Assembly: GCA_036676395.1 (NCBI GenBank)
Contig: JAKFCY010000002.1
Span: 608,001-672,000, forward strand
Direction of reading: 5' to 3'
DNA: 64,000 bases
Source of the DNA: Bdellovibrio sp.
Lineage (GTDB): Bacteria; Bdellovibrionota; Bdellovibrionia; Bdellovibrionales; Bdellovibrionaceae
Shown here in pieces: positions 58,082-64,000 of the stretch. A model generated the notes under the pieces. It was not told the DNA's origin. It searched no databases and saw nothing but the letters and a program-made list of their open reading frames with translations. Position 1 is the first letter of the stretch. Each line of letters starts with the position of its first letter. Made by a program: the position numbers and the translations under genes.

Positions 58082-58852
58082 ATGAAACAACATACAACAG
58101 CAATTTTATTCGCAGTAACATTAACGACATTATTAACTTTCAGCATGAATACAGCCAATGCAATGGGTCGCGGAAAACCAGTTGAGCAAGAACCAAAGCC
58201 AACACCTAAACCGCCAGTAGTCACTCCGGCGCCGACGCCGAAGCCACCAACTCCAGTTCCAGCTCCGCCACCAAAACCACCAACACCAGCACCTGGTGCT
58301 GATACTTCTGATGCAGTTCCGATGTGGGAAGCCAAAGTTTCTGGAAGCCGTGATTGGTCTAATCATTTATATTCAGAACTTGATCGTTTAGGTCAGGATT
58401 TATTAGATGTGATTCCTGCCGATGCCGCGACGTTTTGCCCGAATTATAAAAATCTAACTTATAACGAGCGTAAAAAATATTGGATCTATATGATTTCTGC
58501 GATGACAAGATTTGAAAGTTCTTTCAAAACAGATACAACGTATACAGAAGATTTCACAGATAGCTCTGGAAAAAAAGTCGTCAGCCGCGGTTTATTACAA
58601 ATCTCGATTGAAAGTGCCAATGGTTATGATTGTGAACTAAGTAATGCGCAAGACTTACATAATCCACTTAAGAATTTAAGTTGTGGTGTAAGAATTCTTG
58701 ATCGTTGGGTAGGCCGTGATGGTCGTATTGCTGGTAAAGTTGATTCTAAATGGCGCGGTGGTGCAAGATACTGGGCTGTAATGCGCGAAGGTGACAAGAC
58801 ATCTTATAAAACGATCTTAAGCTCGAGCAAAAATTTAAAAATGTGTAAGTAG
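58082..58852 (+). CDS. Secreted SLT-domain lytic transglycosylase-like protein with Pro-rich linker
   Basis: Signal peptide, PTPKPP repeats, RFESSF, SRGLLQIS, L.NP..NL.CG. Confidence 0.8.
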   Translation: MKQHTTAILFAVTLTTLLTFSMNTANAMGRGKPVEQEPKPTPKPPVVTPAPTPKPPTPVPAPPPKPPTPAPGADTSDAVPMWEAKVSGSRDWSNHLYSELDRLGQDLLDVIPADAATFCPNYKNLTYNERKKYWIYMISAMTRFESSFKTDTTYTEDFTDSSGKKVVSRGLLQISIESANGYDCELSNAQDLHNPLKNLSCGVRILDRWVGRDGRIAGKVDSKWRGGARYWAVMREGDKTSYKTILSSSKNLKMCK

Positions 58853-58862
58853 TTCTTTCAGC

Positions 58863-58900
58863 TAGATTGGCTTAATCTGAGACAGTGATAAGCCAATCTA
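58863..58900. repeat. Perfect 12-bp inverted repeat (terminator or operator)
   Basis: TAGATTGGCTTA-N14-TAAGCCAATCTA. Confidence 0.65.
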
Positions 58901-58944
58901 AAAAATTATTTTAATTTCACAGCCAATCATTCCGAAATATAATC

Positions 58945-59703
58945 ATGGTTGAATCAGCTGTAGAAGATAAAAAAATATTTCTTGTCGTTACTGAAGATAA
59001 AGCAAAAATGCAATCTATCTCGGCAGTGATCCGTTCGCATACGAATAAGGCCGCAATTTTTGAGGCCAGCGAGTTGCATGCAGCTCTGTTTAAATTTCGT
59101 AATGCGGTTCCGCATGTGATTGTTCTAGATTTAGAGGTTTCTAAGTTTTCAACTATTCAGCTAGTGAGTGATCTTTTAAAAGGTGAACACAATCAATTTT
59201 CAGTGATTTTTACCAGTGAAATTCCGGAAAATGAGTTGTTCATTGATCAAGTGATCACTGGGCAAGTTCAGTTTTTAACTGACTACACTGATAAGGCTTG
59301 CTTTAGCCAATGTCTAACAAAAGCACTTAAACGTTTGCAGCAAGAAAAGAAATCTGAATTTATCTTGCGTCAGCTAGTGTCTGGTGAGCTGCTCTTTGAA
59401 GAGGGGCATCCGGGTGACAGTATATTTTTGGTTAAAAGCGGTGAACTTGTTGCCTGGAAACTGAAAAATGGTCAGCGTGTGGATTTAGGAACTATCGGTC
59501 CTGGTGAGTTTGTTGGTGAGATGGCGCATCTTAATCAAGAGCCGCGTTCGGCAACTGTTTCTGCCAGTCAAGCCAGTGAGCTTATCGAAATACCATTTGG
59601 CAGTCTGGATATGATTTTATTTTCGAAACCCTCGTGGTCGAAAGCCCTCTTTATGACGTTGTCAAAACGCCTTAAAATCACTAATGCAAAGCTATCAGCT
59701 TAA
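58945..59703 (+). CDS. Receiver-like domain plus cyclic-nucleotide-binding domain protein
   Basis: N-terminal VVTED/VIVLD; C-terminal LFEEG..GD, GEFVGEMA, PRSATV. Confidence 0.8.
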   Translation: MVESAVEDKKIFLVVTEDKAKMQSISAVIRSHTNKAAIFEASELHAALFKFRNAVPHVIVLDLEVSKFSTIQLVSDLLKGEHNQFSVIFTSEIPENELFIDQVITGQVQFLTDYTDKACFSQCLTKALKRLQQEKKSEFILRQLVSGELLFEEGHPGDSIFLVKSGELVAWKLKNGQRVDLGTIGPGEFVGEMAHLNQEPRSATVSASQASELIEIPFGSLDMILFSKPSWSKALFMTLSKRLKITNAKLSA

Positions 59704-59743
59704 CACTAGATACGTTAGTAAACCTGTGTTACACTAATTCTGT

Positions 59744-60046
59744 ATGAAGAAGTGCATTTTTAGTCTATTAACAATAGTTGCAATCTCGTTATTAGTTTCA
59801 ATAACCCAGGCGGCGCAATGCACTCTGGTGGGTGGTACTGATTTTTCGCTTTGCACAGCGATTAGTAAAAACAACTGTGGTTTAGCGGCGAAGGGCGAAT
59901 TTATGAAATGCAAAGCCGTAACTGCAAAAAACTGCGGTTTAGCCGGTCAGGATTATTTCTTAACTTGTAAAGCGATGCTTGATCGTAATTGTGGTTTGGT
60001 TAAAGAACCTGGCTTCAGTCTTTGTTCAGCTGTAACCAAAGAGTAA
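59744..60046 (+). CDS. Small secreted Cys-rich repeat protein
   Basis: Signal peptide then four C-x10-C-x7 units. Confidence 0.75.
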   Translation: MKKCIFSLLTIVAISLLVSITQAAQCTLVGGTDFSLCTAISKNNCGLAAKGEFMKCKAVTAKNCGLAGQDYFLTCKAMLDRNCGLVKEPGFSLCSAVTKE

Positions 60047-60052
60047 TTATTC

Positions 60053-60760
60053 GTGGCTAAAAAAATCCCCAGTAAATATCAACCAAAAGGGTTTCGCATC
60101 CTTCATGAAGACCGTGACGTGATTGTCGGTAATAAATCACCCGGCATTCTTACGGTGGGCGCTCTGTGGGAACAAGAAAACACTATTCATAACATTTTGA
60201 ATCAGTATATTCGTAAGGGTAATTCCAGATCACGTGCCTGTGTGTTCGTTGTTCATCGTTTAGATCAGGCTACCTCTGGTGCTTTGATCTTTGCTAAGAC
60301 CGAAGAAGTGCAGCAGTATTTAAAGAATAACTGGAAATCGACAGTTAAAACTTATTTTGCCATTGTGCACGGGCTGTTAACGAAGAAATCCGGCACTATC
60401 GAAAGTTACCTATCAGAAGATGAAGATTATCATGTGCATTCAAGCCAGGATGCAGGTTCAGGAAAGCTTGCACAAACGCAGTACGAAGTCTTAACTGAAG
60501 TGGCAGGATTTAGTTTAGTTAAAATTAATTTATTAACCGGTAAAAAAAATCAGATTCGCGTGCATATGGCTGAACTTGGTCACCCAGTGGTGGGTGACGG
60601 TAAATATGGTAAAGCCAATACAAAATTTAAAAACTTAGCCTTGCATTCGGCAAGTCTTGAATTTACCCATCCTTTTACTCAGAAAAGAATTTTAATTAAA
60701 GCCAGTGTGCCCGCATATTTTCACGATCTGATCCCTTTCGACTATAATAATATCAATTAG
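60053..60760 (+). CDS. RluA-family pseudouridine synthase
   Basis: NKSPG, VHRLDQATSG, TG..NQIRVH, GD.KYG. Confidence 0.92.
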   Translation: MAKKIPSKYQPKGFRILHEDRDVIVGNKSPGILTVGALWEQENTIHNILNQYIRKGNSRSRACVFVVHRLDQATSGALIFAKTEEVQQYLKNNWKSTVKTYFAIVHGLLTKKSGTIESYLSEDEDYHVHSSQDAGSGKLAQTQYEVLTEVAGFSLVKINLLTGKKNQIRVHMAELGHPVVGDGKYGKANTKFKNLALHSASLEFTHPFTQKRILIKASVPAYFHDLIPFDYNNIN

Positions 60761-60882
60761 TTTTCAAGAAGGTGAGCCTACAAACTTAATATCAGTTCGT
60801 TTGCATTTTCACTGCGTTTGCAAATTTAAAAATAAAACGGCAAAGATTTGTTTTTTATTTGGTCTGGCACTAACCATAGGGC

Positions 60883-61509
60883 ATGAAAAAAACAGGAAAA
60901 ACCGCTCGCTTTAAATTACAACGTCGTCTTTTAACAGAACTTCCAGGTTTAGGAAAAGCCGGAGCGCTTGAACGTCGCCCATACCCACCAGGCCAACACG
61001 GTGGTAAACGTATTAAATATTCAGATTACCGTTTACAATTAGAAGAAAAACAAAAAGTTCGTGTGCATTATGGCATCCGCGAAGAACAATTGATCCGTTT
61101 AGTTCAATTAGCTAAAAAGAACAAATCCGGCGGCAAGTGGATCAATTCTTTAATTAACATTTTAGAAAAACGTATTGATAATATCGTATTTCGTGCTGGT
61201 TTTGTGCCAAGCATGCGTGCAGCTTCGCAAATGATTTCTCATGGCCAAGTTTTAGTGAATAACAAAAAAGTTACTATTCGTTCGCAAAAACTTAAAGTAG
61301 GCGATGTGGTTTCAATCACTGCAAAAGGCTTAACTAACCAAATCTTTTTACATTCAAAACAAAGTCCACGTTTAACTTTACCAGACTGGTTAGATAAAGA
61401 TGTTTCTGACACTAAAGCCGCAGTGACGTTGAAAGATGAACCAAATTTAGGTTCTGTGCCATTTGCATTAGACGAAGCATTAGTCACATCGTACTACTCA
61501 AAGGCGTAA
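60883..61509 (+). CDS. rpsD: 30S ribosomal protein S4, stand-alone Cys-free paralog
   Basis: PPGQHG, SDYRLQLEEKQK, LEKRIDNIVFRAG, QMISHG; no Cys; not in the alpha operon. Confidence 0.93.
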   Translation: MKKTGKTARFKLQRRLLTELPGLGKAGALERRPYPPGQHGGKRIKYSDYRLQLEEKQKVRVHYGIREEQLIRLVQLAKKNKSGGKWINSLINILEKRIDNIVFRAGFVPSMRAASQMISHGQVLVNNKKVTIRSQKLKVGDVVSITAKGLTNQIFLHSKQSPRLTLPDWLDKDVSDTKAAVTLKDEPNLGSVPFALDEALVTSYYSKA

Positions 61510-61514
61510 TTTTT

Positions 61515-61736
61515 ATGGCGACAAAATTAAATGATGGCGATTTAAATTGTTATGCGATTGATGATGACACGGCCGTGATTTCAGTTAAAGAACAAAAGTT
61601 TGTTGTTGATTATTCGACACTGATGGATTTTTTAACTGAACTTGCCGTTGTGGCCGCGCAAGTTGAAAATGCAACGATGAATGCAACTGCAGAACAAGAG
61701 CAATTAGAAACTTGTGCTTGTGTAAGATTGCATTAA
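61515..61736 (+). CDS. Small acidic hypothetical protein
   Basis: 73 aa, starts 5 nt after the rpsD stop; ends CACVRLH. Confidence 0.5.
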   Translation: MATKLNDGDLNCYAIDDDTAVISVKEQKFVVDYSTLMDFLTELAVVAAQVENATMNATAEQEQLETCACVRLH

Positions 61737-61824
61737 TTGCGTTTCATATTGAGACTTTTTTAATGAGTTCTTAACAACTGACACAAATATATTCTAAGGT
61801 GTTTGCTAAGTTGGGTTTTAGACC

Positions 61825-61852
61825 TCTAGTAGGTGTATGAAAATGCCGAAAA
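61825..61852 (+). promoter_or_regulatory. sigma28/FliA-like promoter of fibre gene 2
   Basis: TCTAG-N15-GCCGAAAA, 7 nt before GTG 61860. Confidence 0.55.
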
Positions 61853-61859
61853 ATAGAGG

Positions 61860-64000
61860 GTGGAACGTCGCTGTAACTACCGCTTAATATTACTATTTTT
61901 TGTACTATTTTTTTCAATAGTTGCATCGGCATCACCACAGGTTACGACTTACCAAGCCCGCATCGTAAAGCCTGATGGCTTACCTTTAGAAACTGCCAAC
62001 GTTAATTTTAAATTTTCTGTTTTAAATCCTGCCGCGGATTGCGTTTTGTATGCTGAAACCTTTTCAGCGATCAATATGGCAAATTCTGCAGGTATTATTT
62101 CGTTCACGCTAGGGTCTGGTGTAAAAACTTTTCCCGCAAGTGCCACAACATTTGCGCAGGTTTTTAATAATTCAACGCCTGTGCTTTCTTGTGATGCGGG
62201 TGGCCCGCCAGATTATTCTCCGCTGTCTTTTGACGTTCGAAAAGTGGTCATGCAGTTCAACGATGGGGCTGGTTGGCAAACACTTCCGGCAATGTCGATC
62301 AATGCCGTTCCGTATTCGATCTATTCTGGTGATTCACTTCGTTTAGGTGGAGTCAGCGCAACTAACTATGTTCAATACTCAACAATTCCAACTTGTACTG
62401 CTTCGCAAGCTATTCGTTATGATGGTTCAAGTTTTTCTTGTGTAACATTAGCCAGTGGTGGTGGCGCATCCAGTACAATCACTTCCGGTGATGTGACAAC
62501 AGCTCTAGGGTATACTCCGGCGAACACTTCAACTGTAGGAACTTCATTTTCCACGGTGACTGCGACGTTAAGTTCATTAACTAGTTCACAGACAACTTTA
62601 ACTTCAACAATAAGTACTTTATCAGCATCATATTCAGCTTTGTCCGCTTCGATGACGACTTTTACAGATTCGCAATGGACGGCAAGTGCTACAGATATTT
62701 TTTATACTTTAGGAAATGTCGGTATCGGAACAAGTACGCCAGTTACTAAACTTGATGTGGCCGGCGGCATTCGTATTAGTATGGAACCAGCCACCTGTGC
62801 TGCAGGTCTTGCAGGAACATTACGTTATAACTTAGGCATTGTAGAATACTGTAACGGAACATCATGGACTGCATTTGGCGTTTCGGGTGCTGGAATTTTA
62901 GCTATAAACGGCTTAACTTCAGGCTCACAAACTTTTGCGATGGGTGCCACTGGCACTCAACCTAATGTGTCTTCAACGGGAACAGTGCACACAATTAATA
63001 TTCCAAATGCAGCGTCAGCTGCGGTGACTGCAGGTCTTTTAGCAAATACAGATTATCAAATTTTTACAAATAAAATGAATGCCACTAGTGCCGCAGTGAT
63101 TTCGGCATTAGGTTATACTCCGGCAAGTGTTACAGCTCATGTTATGGCAACTTACCAAGTGCGCGTCGCGACTAGTGGCAATATCGCTTTATCAGGAAAT
63201 CAAACCATCGATGGCATAAGTGTTGTCGCTGGTGATCGTGTCTTAGTTAAAAATCAATCGGCACAGCAAGAAAATGGTGTGTATGTTGCAAATGCTGGTG
63301 CATGGACACGTGCAGCAGATATAAATACTTGGGAAAAAACTATCGGCTACAAAGCTCACGTTACAGAAGGTGCAGCTTGGGAAGGAATGACTTTTTCTTC
63401 AAACACATCAGTGGGCGGCACTCTTGATAGCACAGTTTTTGAGTGGAGTTCTGCAGGTAGTACAAACATCAGTTTAAATACAGCGCAGGGCTTTAGTGCA
63501 CTTGGTGCAAATACGACAGGAACAACAAACGCTGCATATGGGCCAGGAACTCTGGCTTTAAATACAACCGGATCAGCGAATACAGCCAATGGATTTCGTG
63601 CTCTTTATTCAAATTCAACGGGATCGTATAATACTGCCAACGGAGCAATTTCACTTTTTAGCAATATCTCGGGATCATATAATACGGCCAACGGATATCG
63701 TAGTCTTTACTTTAATACCGGAAGTTACAATACGGCGACAGGTTATCGTTCTCTTTATTTAAATTCCACAGGAATTAATAATACAGCTAACGGCTATAAT
63801 GCTCTGACAAATACGACGACCGGAAGTAATAATACAGGAGTTGGTTTTAGCGCGGGAAGCGCGATCACTACCGGAAGCAACAACGTCGTCATTGGTTCAA
63901 ACACAGGTTCAAGTTTTGCGACAGATTCAAATAATATTTCAATCAGTGATGGGGCGGGTAACGAACGAATTCGCGTGGTCTCCAGCGGTAATGTGGGGAT
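61860..64000 (+). CDS. Second mosaic fibre adhesin (MAT-like), 3'-truncated by the window; not in the ORF track
   Basis: Hand translation is open from GTG 61860 to the end: MERRCNYRLILLFFVLFFSIVASASPQVTTYQARIVKPDGLPLE...; paralogous to 31160-37261. Confidence 0.9.
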   Translation, partial: MERRCNYRLILLFFVLFFSIVASASPQVTTYQARIVKPDGLPLETANVNFKFSVLNPAADCVLYAETFSAINMANSAGIISFTLGSGVKTFPASATTFAQVFNNSTPVLSCDAGGPPDYSPLSFDVRKVVMQFNDGAGWQTLPAMSINAVPYSIYSGDSLRLGGVSATNYVQYSTIPTCTASQAIRYDGSSFSCVTLASGGGASSTITSGDVTTALGYTPANTSTVGTSFSTVTATLSSLTSSQTTLTSTISTLSASYSALSASMTTFTDSQWTASATDIFYTLGNVGIGTSTPVTKLDVAGGIRISMEPATCAAGLAGTLRYNLGIVEYCNGTSWTAFGVSGAGILAINGLTSGSQTFAMGATGTQPNVSSTGTVHTINIPNAASAAVTAGLLANTDYQIFTNKMNATSAAVISALGYTPASVTAHVMATYQVRVATSGNIALSGNQTIDGISVVAGDRVLVKNQSAQQENGVYVANAGAWTRAADINTWEKTIGYKAHVTEGAAWEGMTFSSNTSVGGTLDSTVFEWSSAGSTNISLNTAQGFSALGANTTGTTNAAYGPGTLALNTTGSANTANGFRALYSNSTGSYNTANGAISLFSNISGSYNTANGYRSLYFNTGSYNTATGYRSLYLNSTGINNTANGYNALTNTTTGSNNTGVGFSAGSAITTGSNNVVIGSNTGSSFATDSNNISISDGAGNERIRVVSSGNVG

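Noticed and set aside
58190..58295. Tandem repeat
   Set aside because: Encodes the Pro/Thr/Lys linker of the transglycosylase-like protein
60865..60880. sigma54 promoter before rpsD (TGGCAC)
   Set aside because: No GC at the -12 position and too close to the ATG
61837..61887. 16-codon ORF MKMPKNRGWNVAVTTA suggesting a frameshifted start or leader peptide for fibre 2
   Set aside because: In-frame GTG 61860 gives a complete signal peptide and the same promoter geometry as fibre 1; the short ORF overlaps the promoter itself

Overview
Gene-dense, AT-rich chromosomal window (roughly 40% GC by eye), almost certainly from a predatory Bdellovibrionota bacterium (Bdellovibrio/Pseudobdellovibrio-like). 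The evidence is an S74-chaperone fibre adhesin plus a window-truncated paralog, TIGR02147-type regulators and many secreted hypotheticals. Housekeeping genes (nrdR, nusB, menB, lgt, hisS, greB, pckG, lon, a second rpsD) are interspersed with accessory modules: (1) a URC-type uracil catabolism operon with a CoA-acylating semialdehyde dehydrogenase; (2) a LysR-linked module with a GpgS-like glycosyltransferase fused to a HAD phosphatase, a ClC antiporter and a divergent PIG-L deacetylase, the best candidate for an undescribed pathway; (3) a Zrg-like metal ABC system with a His-rich permease; (4) a 2033-aa mosaic fibre adhesin flanked by two TIGR02147/secreted-protein pairs; (5) Ku/LigD NHEJ genes behind a sigma54-like promoter; (6) hsp20-lon separated by a structured RNA with alternative pairings and a terminator; (7) a second fibre gene running off the window end, absent from the ORF track. 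Sigma28-type boxes lie 6-7 nt before four start codons, suggesting leaderless mRNAs, and a GTCTCA-N3-TGAGAC-like motif recurs. I saw no rRNA, tRNA, CRISPR array, transposase or integrase. All family calls are from motif recognition, not database searches.
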